Positions 33,758 through 42,440 of a stretch of DNA of 64,000 bases are shown here, in pieces. Positions within the stretch are counted from its first letter, which is position 1. Every line of letters starts with the position of its first letter. The notes beneath the pieces were generated by a model that did no database searches, was not told the origin of the DNA, and saw only the letters and a list, made by a program, of their open reading frames with translations. The stretch is from the NCBI GenBank assembly GCA_028287135.1, contig JAQBQE010000008.1, positions 3,155-67,154 of the forward strand, given 5' to 3'. This DNA is from Myxococcales bacterium (GTDB lineage Bacteria; Myxococcota_A; Polyangia; Haliangiales; Haliangiaceae). The translations under genes were made by a program, and so were the position numbers.

Positions 33758-34735
33758 ATGAGCAGGTATGGCGAGCTGTCCGTTCACCGCTGGATGTTGC
33801 GCGACGGTGTGCGGAACGAGGCCTACCGGCAGGCGATCAACAAGCTGGTCAAGCCTGGCAGCACGGTGCTCGACTTCGGCGCCGGCACCGGCATCCTCAG
33901 CATCTTCGCCGCCACCGCGGGCGCCGCGAAGGTCTACGCCGTCGAGCGGACCGAGGTCGCCGACGTCGCGCGCGAGATGATCAAGCGCAACGGCTTCGCC
34001 GATCGGATCGAGGTGATCAACGCCGATCTCGAGGACATCCGGTTGCCCGGCAAGGTCGACGTGCTGATGTCCGAGTGGATGGGCGGGTTCGGCGTCGACG
34101 AGAACATGCTCGCGCCGCTCGTCATGGCGCGCGATCGGTTCCTCGCACCGGGCGGCAAGATCATCCCGGGTGTGGTCGCCGCGTTCGCAGCGCCGGTCTC
34201 GCTTCCCGAGTTCGACGATGCCATCGAGTTCTGGCGCTCGCGTCCGCACGGCGTGGACTGCAGCCTGATCGCCAGCATGACCACGCAGGAGAATTTCCAC
34301 ACGCAGGCGGACCTGACGACGGAGGCGCTGGTCGCGGCCCCGAAGATGATGTGGAGCCACGATCCGTATACGTGCTCGCTTGCGGAAGCCGATCAGTCGT
34401 TCCGCACCAAGCTTCAGTTCATCGCGCGCCGGCCCGGCAGGGTCTCGGGGTTTGTCACCTGGTTCACCGCCGAGATGGGCGATGGCGGCGTGCTGACGAA
34501 TGCCGTCGGTGCACCTGACACCCACTGGGGACGCTCGCTGTTCCCGCTCGACCAGCCGATCGACGTCACCGAGGGCATGGCGATCGAGTTCGAGCTTCAC
34601 TGCGACCCGTCGCTGCCGGGCAGCTGTGAATATTACTGGTCCGCGTCGACCGAGGGACGCGACGTCGAGAAGCACGACACGCGCTATGGCCGTCACACGC
34701 GGTCTCGCTGGTCTCCGGGTAGCGCCTTACCGTGA
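33758..34735 (+). CDS. protein arginine N-methyltransferase (PRMT type I-like)
   Basis: Motif I VLDFGAGTGILSIFAA, post-I VYAVE, double-E loop SEWMGGFGVDENML and THW loop DTHWGRSLFPL, all in canonical order and spacing. Confidence 0.85.
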   Translation: MSRYGELSVHRWMLRDGVRNEAYRQAINKLVKPGSTVLDFGAGTGILSIFAATAGAAKVYAVERTEVADVAREMIKRNGFADRIEVINADLEDIRLPGKVDVLMSEWMGGFGVDENMLAPLVMARDRFLAPGGKIIPGVVAAFAAPVSLPEFDDAIEFWRSRPHGVDCSLIASMTTQENFHTQADLTTEALVAAPKMMWSHDPYTCSLAEADQSFRTKLQFIARRPGRVSGFVTWFTAEMGDGGVLTNAVGAPDTHWGRSLFPLDQPIDVTEGMAIEFELHCDPSLPGSCEYYWSASTEGRDVEKHDTRYGRHTRSRWSPGSALP

Positions 34736-34796
34736 GACCACGTGAGACCCGCTGCATGCATCGCGGGCTCGCAGCTACGTGCTGCTACTGAGAGCG

Positions 34797-35756
34797 ATGC
34801 TCAAGAATCTACGCTTGCTGGCGGTGCTCGGGGTGCTCGTGGTCGGTTGCAAGAAGAAGGAGACCCCGGCACCTGATCCGGTCCCCGTGGGATCCGGTGC
34901 GATGACCGGCTCGGGAACGATGACGGGTTCGGGCACGATGGCGGGCTCGGGCTCGGCCGGAATGGCCGCGGGCTCGGCGACCACCGGGTTCCCCCTCGCG
35001 AACGGCGAGAGCTACTACGGCGGCAAGGTCATGGCGACCAACCTCGTCGACTGGAAGATCGAGGACGGCACGATCGTCCAGCTCGGCATCGTGACCACCG
35101 GCAAGACCGGCGAGGGTCGCGAGGAGGGCGTGCTGCGCGCCTATCACGCCGGCTCGGACACCCACGACGTCGATGTGAAGTACACGCTCGATCCGACGGT
35201 CGATCACTGGGCCGAGCTGAAGGTACTGCCGAACAACCGCGTGATGTTCCGCTACGGCGAGGCCGGCAAGGGCCCGCGCGCGCGTAACGCCGTGCTGCTC
35301 CGCTGGGATAACGAGGCCAAGCGCGTTCGCGTGGCGAAGCGCTGGAACGGCGCGAGCACCGATGCCGAGCCCGAGTGGCTGCTGACCGGCGAGTACAAGC
35401 CGACGCCGGAGAGCGAGCCGTTCTGCCTCCAGGTGATCTCGAAGATCATCAAGTGCGAGAAGGACCCGACGTTCCGCGAGGCACTGCTGATGCGCAAGGA
35501 CCCGGCCGAGAAGGCCGCGGTGCAGGAGCACTTCGACTCGCACGTCACGCGCTGGAAGAAGAGCCCGAACGAGGCGAAGACGCAGTGCCAGAAGTGGGCG
35601 AGCGACGAGTACGTCGACAGCAGCTTCTCGGAGACGGTCAAGCTCAAGCGCCTCGCGAACGAGACCAAGATCGACTGCGGCTTCTTCGGCGCCGAGCTCA
35701 CCGATGAAGGTGGACTCCCCGTCGCGCTGAGCGACGCCAAGCCGCAGACCAGGTGA
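34797..35756 (+). CDS. lipoprotein, hypothetical
   Basis: MLKNLRLLAVLGVLVVGC lipobox, (MTGSG)n linker, then a Cys-containing C-terminal domain. The start may instead be 34779. Confidence 0.65.
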   Translation: MLKNLRLLAVLGVLVVGCKKKETPAPDPVPVGSGAMTGSGTMTGSGTMAGSGSAGMAAGSATTGFPLANGESYYGGKVMATNLVDWKIEDGTIVQLGIVTTGKTGEGREEGVLRAYHAGSDTHDVDVKYTLDPTVDHWAELKVLPNNRVMFRYGEAGKGPRARNAVLLRWDNEAKRVRVAKRWNGASTDAEPEWLLTGEYKPTPESEPFCLQVISKIIKCEKDPTFREALLMRKDPAEKAAVQEHFDSHVTRWKKSPNEAKTQCQKWASDEYVDSSFSETVKLKRLANETKIDCGFFGAELTDEGGLPVALSDAKPQTR

Positions 35757-35820
35757 TCCGAGCGGTCACACGATCGTAGCGAGCCCGGTCATGCAGCGTG
35801 CATGACGCGCGGCTCGCCGA

Positions 35821-36786
35821 TCACTTGCACTTCTTGACCTTCCCGGAGCCGTTCGTACAGACGATCTTCGTGACGCCGTTGGTGGTGGTCGTCGTGACCG
35901 TGCCGGTGGCCGGGTTGGTGGTGGTCGTCGTCACCGTGCCGGTGGTGGTCCCCGAGGTGCCCGTCGAGCCGGCGGCCGGCGCGGTCGTCGTCGTGCCGGT
36001 CGACCCGCCGGTGCCCGCGGTGGTCGTGGTCGTACCCGACGCGGTGCCGGTCGAGCCCGTCGAGCCGCTGGTCGCCGTGCCGCTCGATGCGGTCGAGCCC
36101 GTGCCGGTCGTGCCCGTGCCGGTCGTGCCCGTGCCGGTCGTGCCCGTCGACGCCGAACCGCTCGACGCCGTCGTGCCGGTGCCGGTCGACGCGGTCGTGC
36201 CCGATGCCGTGGAGCCCGTGCCGGTCGTGCCGGTGGCCGTCGTGCCGCTCGACGCGGTCCCGCTCGAGCCCGACGATGCGGTGCCGCTCGAGCCGCTCGT
36301 CGTGGTCGAGGTCGGATCGCCGGCCACCATGTCGGGAGCCGTCAGCACCAGCTTCTCGGTCGTGACCTTGCCCGAGCAACCGAGATCCGCGACGGCCCAG
36401 ATCGTCGCCGTTCCGGGTGACGTGCTCTCGTAGTGATACGTGTAGTAGTTCGACTCGACGACGGTGAACTCGAGCACCGACCACACGTCGTCGGCGGCCC
36501 ACAGGGCGGGGACCGCGGCGAACTTCTTGTCCGCGCTCTTGCACGCCGAGCCGTCGGGCCCCGGCAACGGCGCCGCGGTGCCCTGCGGAAACTCGCCATT
36601 GGCATCGAGGTAGATCTTCGCGTTGGTCGCGATCTTCGCGAGCTGGAGCGAGGCCTCCGAGTGCTTCGCCTTCTCCGTGTGGCCCATGAACATCGGAATC
36701 ACGATCGCTGCGAGGACGCCGATGATGGCCACGACGACCATCAGCTCGATCAGACTGAAACCGCGACGCGTACTCCGAACCTGCAT
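35821..36786 (-). CDS. type IV pilin-like protein with ~150-aa Thr/Gly/Ser-rich tract
   Basis: Prepilin leader and cleavage motif MQVRSTRRG/FSLIELMVVVAIIGVLAAIVIP (Glu at +5). Globular head. Low-complexity TTSGSSGTASSG...GTTGTGTTGTG...TTTTTNGV tract. C-terminal CTNGSGKVKKC loop. Confidence 0.8.
   Translation of the reverse strand: MQVRSTRRGFSLIELMVVVAIIGVLAAIVIPMFMGHTEKAKHSEASLQLAKIATNAKIYLDANGEFPQGTAAPLPGPDGSACKSADKKFAAVPALWAADDVWSVLEFTVVESNYYTYHYESTSPGTATIWAVADLGCSGKVTTEKLVLTAPDMVAGDPTSTTTSGSSGTASSGSSGTASSGTTATGTTGTGSTASGTTASTGTGTTASSGSASTGTTGTGTTGTGTTGTGSTASSGTATSGSTGSTGTASGTTTTTAGTGGSTGTTTTAPAAGSTGTSGTTTGTVTTTTTNPATGTVTTTTTNGVTKIVCTNGSGKVKKCK
36101..36145. repeat. perfect 15-bp x3 tandem repeat inside the pilin T/G tract
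   Basis: gtgccggtcgtgccc repeated three times (36101-36115, 36116-36130, 36131-36145). In frame, encoding (TGTGT)-type units on the reverse strand. The surrounding ~450 bp is degenerate repeats of the same type. Confidence 0.9.
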
Positions 36787-36982
36787 GCGAGGAAGTATCG
36801 ACCCCTTCACGCAGGTCTGAAGGGTCTCTGTGGGGTCGCGGTCGCTTACGTAAGACGCCCTCAGGTCCCCGAGATCATTGCGTGGGCGCGAGAGCGCTCG
36901 GGTACGGGTGGGGTCCGACCAGGGCGCACCGACATCACCTACCTCGCGGATCGCGCGCACCTCGATCAGCTAGGCTTGCCAG

Positions 36983-37834
36983 GTGAGCATGCACGCGGTC
37001 GCCTGGATCCTTCTCGCCGCGGCGTGTGGAACCCCTGCCCCGGCGCCCAGCGCTCCGCTCGCTCGGCCGGCGGCCCGACCATCCCCCGCGGCCGCCGGTG
37101 CGGTGGTCCCCCCGTCACCGCCGGCACGCCCAGCCGCGGTCACCGACTCGTCATGGATCGGAGTCAGGTTTGCCAAGGATCAGCCCAGGGTCCTCCAGGT
37201 GATCCCGGACGCGCCCGCGGCTCGTGGACACATGCAGGTCGATGACGAGGTCACGTCAGTCGATGGTCACCCCATCCGGGCCGCCAAGGAGATCGTCGAA
37301 CGCGTCAGCGCCGCGCCACCGGGCACCCGGGTGGTGATGGTCGTGGTGCGCGGCGGCGCGCAGGTCACGCTGACGCTCGAGGTCGAGGCACGACCCGACG
37401 TCACGATGCTGGCTCAGCGGATCGTCGGCAAGCCGGCACCGAGCTTCGAAGCTCCGCTGGTCAGCGGCTCGTACCCAGCCAAGCTCGCCGATCTCGCAGG
37501 ACACGTCGTGGTCGTCGATTTCTGGGCCACGTGGTGCGGCCCCTGCGCGATCACGATGCCCTACCTCGATGCGTGGCAGGCGAAGTACGGCGCTCGTGGG
37601 CTGCGCATCGTTGGCCTGTCGAGCGAGGACGAGACGACGCTGAAGGCGTTTCTGGCCGACCACAAGCTCGGCTACACGATCGCGCGCGATCTCGATGATC
37701 AGATCGGCCAGAGCTATCTGCGTAGAGCAGTGCCCACACTCGTGGTCATCGACCGCGCCGGGACAATTCGCCGCATCATGGTCGGTGTGAACGACTTCTC
37801 GACGCTCGAGACCACGATCGTGCAGCTGCTGTGA
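36983..37834 (+). CDS. PDZ-domain TlpA/ResA-like thiol-disulfide oxidoreductase, lipoprotein
   Basis: Lipobox LLAAAC. PDZ-like VIPDAPAARGHMQVDDEVTSVDGHPI. VVVDFWATWCGPC active site and AVPTLVVIDRAG. Confidence 0.85.
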   Translation: MSMHAVAWILLAAACGTPAPAPSAPLARPAARPSPAAAGAVVPPSPPARPAAVTDSSWIGVRFAKDQPRVLQVIPDAPAARGHMQVDDEVTSVDGHPIRAAKEIVERVSAAPPGTRVVMVVVRGGAQVTLTLEVEARPDVTMLAQRIVGKPAPSFEAPLVSGSYPAKLADLAGHVVVVDFWATWCGPCAITMPYLDAWQAKYGARGLRIVGLSSEDETTLKAFLADHKLGYTIARDLDDQIGQSYLRRAVPTLVVIDRAGTIRRIMVGVNDFSTLETTIVQLL

Positions 37835-37913
37835 GCCGTCGCTTACAACTTCGTCGTTGACTTGATCGCCGCCATCCGGCAAACGGGGGTTCGAGACGAT
37901 TTACTTTTCCCCC

Positions 37914-37955
37914 CGAGCTCCGTGGCGATACTCGTTGCGGGGCTCGTTCTTTTTT
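37914..37955 (+). terminator. candidate intrinsic terminator downstream of the TlpA-like gene
   Basis: 9-bp stem CGAGCTCCG (37914-37922) / CGGGGCTCG (37938-37946) with one G-U pair and a 15-nt loop, then TTCTTTTTT (37947-37955). Confidence 0.45.
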
Positions 37956-37958
37956 CGG

Positions 37959-38180
37959 TCAGCGCGTGGAGCGCATGAACAGGTAGAGCTGCTCGACCTG
38001 CGTGCGCGCCCACGGCGTCCTGCGAAGGAACGTCAGGCTCGACTTGATGCTCGGATCGTGGCTGAAGCAGCGGATCTTGATCCGCTCGGCGAGGTCCTCC
38101 CAGCCGTAATGCGCGACGAGCTCGGTGACGATCGTCTCGAGCTTCACGCCGTGGAGCTGATTACCGGTGGCCGACGACAC
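37959..38180 (-). CDS. VF530/DUF2132 family putative DNA-binding protein
   Basis: LHGVKLETIVTELVAHYGWEDLAERIKIRCFSHDPSIKSSLTFLRRTPWARTQVEQLYL matches the family consensus as I remember it. Confidence 0.8.
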   Translation of the reverse strand: MSSATGNQLHGVKLETIVTELVAHYGWEDLAERIKIRCFSHDPSIKSSLTFLRRTPWARTQVEQLYLFMRSTR

Positions 38181-38200
38181 GCCCCGATTCTTTCACACAG

Positions 38201-38758
38201 TCAGTCGGGCGCGTACTTGCGAAGGCGGCGCTTCAGCGTGCTGCGATAGATCCCCAGACGACGAGCCGCCTCGGACAGGTTGCCGTCGCAGTCACCGAGC
38301 ACCCGCATGATGTGCTCCCACTCGACCCGCGCGAGCGTCGGCGTCTCCTCGGACGTCGGCTTCTCGGCCGTTCCTTCCTCGACCCGCCGGATCACCTCCT
38401 TCAGCGTCAGCGGCTTGGTCATGATCTCGTCCGCACCTGCGCGCACGGCGTCGACGGCAGCGACCACGGACATGTACGCCGAGCACAGCACGATCGTCAT
38501 CTCGGGACGGACCCGCCGGAGCTCGCGGATCAGATCGATCCCCGACGACGTCCCGAGCCGCATGTCGACGACGGCCAGATCCGGTGCCTTCTCCCTCGCC
38601 AGGCGAAGCGCGACCTCGGTGCTACTCGCCGTCAGCACCCGGCGCGCTGGATCGAGCCCGCGCGTATAGGCGGCAAGCAAACGCTCGTCATCGTCAACCG
38701 CGAGTACAACCTCGACCGGTCGCCCGCTCTCGCTCTCCAGGCGTGTCGCGTGAACCAT
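38201..38758 (-). CDS. response regulator, receiver + Fis-type HTH (ActR/RegA-like), orphan
   Basis: VLAVDDDERLL, phospho-acceptor context DLAVVDMRLG, VLCSAY, TKPL. C-terminal HTH GNLSEAARRLGIYRSTLKRRLRKY. Start MVHATRL chosen. No histidine kinase nearby. Confidence 0.8.
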   Translation of the reverse strand: MVHATRLESESGRPVEVVLAVDDDERLLAAYTRGLDPARRVLTASSTEVALRLAREKAPDLAVVDMRLGTSSGIDLIRELRRVRPEMTIVLCSAYMSVVAAVDAVRAGADEIMTKPLTLKEVIRRVEEGTAEKPTSEETPTLARVEWEHIMRVLGDCDGNLSEAARRLGIYRSTLKRRLRKYAPD

Positions 38759-38921
38759 CCCGTCGAGGATCGCGAGAATCCGCTCACGGTTCAATGGGTG
38801 ATACGTCGAGACAGGGCTGGCGCATTCCGCGCCATTCGATCTAGGCATAAACACTGGGGTCCGGACCGCTACACAGCCACGGAAGCGCTGGACGAAGATT
38901 CCAACTCGACTAGGATGCACC

Positions 38922-39746
38922 GTGCCCTTCGATAAAGACGCCGAGCTCGATCCCCGCCTCTCTGGCATCACGCTGGCAGCGCTCCACCACAGTTACGAGC
39001 AGCAGTTCGAGGGCCGCGAGCTCACGGCTGCGATGAAGGAGAAGTCCGAGGCTCCAGACGACGCGAAGGTCGCGGTCCGGATCGACAAGGCGATCAAGGC
39101 AGCACTCGCCGATCTCGAGACGATGGTCGAGACCGTGCCGACGGAAGGCAGCGACGAGGTCCCCGGCGATGCGACCAAGGACAAGCTGCTGCTCGAGATC
39201 TACTGGCGGCTCCACGACAACTGGAAGTCCGACACCGCGCCCGCGCTCAAGATGATCGACCTCAGTGGCACCGCGCCGTCGTGGCCCGACGTGATCGCGC
39301 TGTTCAGCGAGCTCGAGGCGATCGACCACGACGGTGGCGACGGCGATTCGTTCCCCGGTGAGTGGTACGATGATCTGCTCAACCGCTACGAGACGCGCCT
39401 CGGCAAGGACAAGCCGAAGAAGGCCGCCGCGAAGAAGGCAGCGCCTGCGATCAAGGTCCCGCCGCCCGACGCGCAGATCGTGGACTACTCCACCAAGTCG
39501 ACGTTCGAGGTCGGCCAGTGGGTCCGCCATCCGAAGTTCGGCGTCGGCTACGTCGTCGAATCGGCGCAGCACGTGACGCTCGAGTTCGGTGCCGACACCA
39601 AGATCCTCGCGCACGTCGCGGTGATCGCCGCACCGATCACCCCGAAGCTGCGCCCGAACAAGCCGCTCGGCGACACCGCCGAGCTCGCGCGGGCCGCGGG
39701 CATCGAAGTGAAGAAGGTCGCGCCGCGTCTCGAAGAAGAGAAGTGA
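38922..39746 (+). CDS. hypothetical protein with C-terminal Tudor/DUF3553-like motif
   Basis: GTG start. Acidic helical N-terminal part, Lys/Ala linker, then FEVGQWVRHPKFGVGYVVES...TLEFGADTKIL. Confidence 0.6.
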   Translation: MPFDKDAELDPRLSGITLAALHHSYEQQFEGRELTAAMKEKSEAPDDAKVAVRIDKAIKAALADLETMVETVPTEGSDEVPGDATKDKLLLEIYWRLHDNWKSDTAPALKMIDLSGTAPSWPDVIALFSELEAIDHDGGDGDSFPGEWYDDLLNRYETRLGKDKPKKAAAKKAAPAIKVPPPDAQIVDYSTKSTFEVGQWVRHPKFGVGYVVESAQHVTLEFGADTKILAHVAVIAAPITPKLRPNKPLGDTAELARAAGIEVKKVAPRLEEEK

Positions 39747-39769
39747 TCGGCGCGACCTGACGCCGAGCT

Positions 39770-39913
39770 CTACAGGCGACCGGTCAGCAGCATCACGAGC
39801 AGGATGATTCCGATGATCGCCGCGGGCGACCAGCCAGCAGCGCCGAACCGGCCGTGACCCAGACCGCCGCCGAGAAGAGCAATCAGCAGAACAATGATGA
39901 GGATGGTCAGCAT
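39770..39913 (-). CDS. DUF3309-like small membrane protein (47 aa)
   Basis: MLTILIIVLLIALLGGGLGHGRFGAAGWSPAAIIGIILLVMLLTGRL. It is the tail of track ORF 39770..40780. Confidence 0.6.
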   Translation of the reverse strand: MLTILIIVLLIALLGGGLGHGRFGAAGWSPAAIIGIILLVMLLTGRL

Positions 39914-40042
39914 GTCTGACGGTTCTGCAAGCTGCCGGCCACGCTCTCCGACGCTTTCGTGGGAGTTGAGCGACTGATCGACCGTGCGTGAGCGCGCAAC
40001 CGTGGCGGTCGTGAGTGCGAGAAGGGCTGCTAGGCTCGCCGC

Positions 40043-41248
40043 ATGTGGCGCAAGCTGTTCGGGGTCGGGGCGCTGTCGGTCGAGGGGTTCGCAAAGCTCG
40101 TTGCCGAGATCGCGGTCGCCCGCGGAGAGATGCAGCTGCCGGTGATCGATCTCGACAAGATGGAGATCGTCGACGGCAAGCGCGTCATCAACCTGACCAA
40201 CCTGTACACGAGCTTCTTGGGGACGCCGCGGCGCAAGCGGATCGCGTTCATCGAGAACGTGATCCGGATGCCCGAGATCCCGGCGACCTGGGCCGAGGTC
40301 CAGCAGCACCTGATGCCGGTGCTGCGCGACGGTGCGTACCTGACGATCGCCGAGCTGTCGCTCGCGGCTCGCGGCGAGACCGGCGAGGCTCGCACGGCGA
40401 CGATCGCGCGCCAGCCCCTGGTCCCGGGCTTGTTCGTGACGCTCGTGATCGACGCGGGCGAGGTGATGTCGATCGTGCAGGACCGTCAGCTCCGCGAGTG
40501 GGGCGTCGATCTGACGACCGCTCTCGAGATCGCGATGACCAACCTGCGTGCGGTCTCGCAGGACACGTTCAGCCCGCTCGCGCCGGGTCTGTGGGTCTCG
40601 CCCTGGTCGGACTGCTACGGGGCCGCGCGTCTCGTGTTGCCGGAGATCGTGCAGCGCGTCTGCACGGACCCCCTGGTGTGCGTTCCGAATCGCGACACCC
40701 TGTTGATCGCGGATCCACGCGACCGCGAAGCGTTCTTCACGATGGTCGGTGTGATCGGCAAGCTGTCCGAGGACGAGCACTACCCGATCTCACGACGGAT
40801 CTTCCAGCTCGAGAACAAGTCGCTACGGATGTTCGAGCCGCCCGCGGATCACCCGGTGACCAAGGTCTACCAGCGCCTGCTCGTCGAGGAGCAGGCTCGC
40901 TGCTACGCGCACGAGAAAGATCTCCGCGAGCAGATCGAGGACGAGGACGACGCGTTCTACGGATCGTTGATGGTGTTCGAGACGCCCGACCGCGATCTGA
41001 TCACGCGCGCGGTGTGGACCGAGGGCATCGACGTCGGCTACCTGCCACCGGCGCAGATGGTCAGCTTCTTCAAGCCCGACGACCCCAAGCACCAGGGCGC
41101 CTGGGACGTGCCGTGGGCGATCGCCGAGGCGGAGCCAGGTCTCCTGACCAGGACCGATCGCCCGCTGCCACGGTGGCGCGTCGGCACGTTTCCGTCGATC
41201 GCGTGGCTCGACCAGCACGGGACCAAGCTCGACGGGTTCGGGAACTAG
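40043..41248 (+). CDS. hypothetical cytoplasmic protein
   Basis: 401-aa track ORF with consistent codon bias. No family recognised. Confidence 0.65.
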   Translation: MWRKLFGVGALSVEGFAKLVAEIAVARGEMQLPVIDLDKMEIVDGKRVINLTNLYTSFLGTPRRKRIAFIENVIRMPEIPATWAEVQQHLMPVLRDGAYLTIAELSLAARGETGEARTATIARQPLVPGLFVTLVIDAGEVMSIVQDRQLREWGVDLTTALEIAMTNLRAVSQDTFSPLAPGLWVSPWSDCYGAARLVLPEIVQRVCTDPLVCVPNRDTLLIADPRDREAFFTMVGVIGKLSEDEHYPISRRIFQLENKSLRMFEPPADHPVTKVYQRLLVEEQARCYAHEKDLREQIEDEDDAFYGSLMVFETPDRDLITRAVWTEGIDVGYLPPAQMVSFFKPDDPKHQGAWDVPWAIAEAEPGLLTRTDRPLPRWRVGTFPSIAWLDQHGTKLDGFGN

Positions 41249-41520
41249 CTCGGCCAGCGCTTGCTGTCGGCGAGCACCGCGGCGACGTGGTCGAGGATCG
41301 CGGTCGCCTTGGTGGCGAAGTGGCGTCCGAACTCGGTGAGCACGATGCCGCGGCCTCGCCGCTCGAACAGCGGCTGGCCGAGCTCGTCCTCGAGCGCTTG
41401 AATCTGCCGGCTCAACGGCGGCTGCGAGACCCGGAGCCGCTCGGCGGCGCGCGTGACGTGCTGCTCCTCCGCCACGGCGACGAAGTACTGCAACTGCTGC
41501 AAGCTCATGTCGTCGATCAT
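41245..41520 (-). CDS. LysR-type HTH domain protein lacking the substrate-binding domain (91 aa)
   Basis: MIDDMSLQQLQYFVAVAEEQHVTRAAERLRVSQPPLSRQIQALEDELGQPLFERRGRG... then stop. Stops of this gene and 40043..41248 overlap (CTAG, 41245-41248). Confidence 0.6.
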   Translation of the reverse strand: MIDDMSLQQLQYFVAVAEEQHVTRAAERLRVSQPPLSRQIQALEDELGQPLFERRGRGIVLTEFGRHFATKATAILDHVAAVLADSKRWPS

Positions 41521-41593
41521 GCCGCAGTTCACCGCCGTCATCGAGATCAAAAAGGTATTGGACGCGACCCGGTACCGATCGCACGGTGCGCGC

Positions 41594-42346
41594 ATGGCCA
41601 TCACGATCCTGTCGCCCGTCGAACGCGACCGCATGCGGCGCGCCGGGCGCGCGGCCGCTGCCACCCTCGCGTACGTCGGCGCGCGGCTCGCGCCCGGAAT
41701 GACCACCGCCGAGATCGATCGGATGGTTCGCGCGCATACCGACAAGCTCGGAGGCCGGCCGTCGCAGCTCGGATACCAGGGATTCCCGGCCGCGGTGTGT
41801 GTCAGTCGCAACGACATCGTGTGCCACGGCGTGCCGAGCCCGAATGTCCGGCTGGCCGACGGTGACATCGTCAACATCGATGTCACCACCGAGCTCGACG
41901 GCTACCACGGCGACACCTCGGCGACCTTCGTGATCGGCGACGCCGCGCCGCACGCGCGCAGCCTCGTCGAGCTGGCCCGCGCCGCGCGCGATGCCGGCAT
42001 CGCCGCCGCGCTGCCAGGCGCTCGGTTCGGCGATATCGGCGCGGCGATCGAGAGCTCCGTGGGCGCGGCCGGCCGCATCGTCGAGGTCTACGGCGGCCAC
42101 GGCATCGGGCGCGCCATGCACATGGATCCGCATGTCTCGCACATCGGGCGCGCGCGCACCGGGCACCGGCTGCGAGAGGGCATGGCGTTCACCGTCGAGC
42201 CGATGGTCAACGCGGGCTCCGCCGCGATCCGAACCGACGCGGACGGCTGGACCGTGCGCACGGCCGACGGTGCGCTGTCCGCGCAGTTCGAGCACACGCT
42301 GCTGATCGGCCCCCACGGCCCCGAGATCACGACCGTGCTGGAGTAG
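41594..42346 (+). CDS. map: type I methionine aminopeptidase
   Basis: CHGVPS, metal ligands in DIVNIDVT...DGYHGDTS, GHGIG, FTVEP and QFEHTLL. Start MAITIL. Confidence 0.9.
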   Translation: MAITILSPVERDRMRRAGRAAAATLAYVGARLAPGMTTAEIDRMVRAHTDKLGGRPSQLGYQGFPAAVCVSRNDIVCHGVPSPNVRLADGDIVNIDVTTELDGYHGDTSATFVIGDAAPHARSLVELARAARDAGIAAALPGARFGDIGAAIESSVGAAGRIVEVYGGHGIGRAMHMDPHVSHIGRARTGHRLREGMAFTVEPMVNAGSAAIRTDADGWTVRTADGALSAQFEHTLLIGPHGPEITTVLE

Positions 42347-42440
42347 CCAGACGATCGCGGCCACCGCCAGCGCGACCACGATCCGCGCGATAACGACGGG
42401 CTTGTGCATCCCTTGGCATCAACCGCTACAGTCGCGAGCC

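Noticed and set aside
36787-36982. Sigma-54 (GG-N10-GC) promoter upstream of the pilin-like gene, by analogy with Myxococcus pilA
   Set aside because: The only TGGCA-containing site (reverse strand near 36965-36983) has its GC element two positions out of register.
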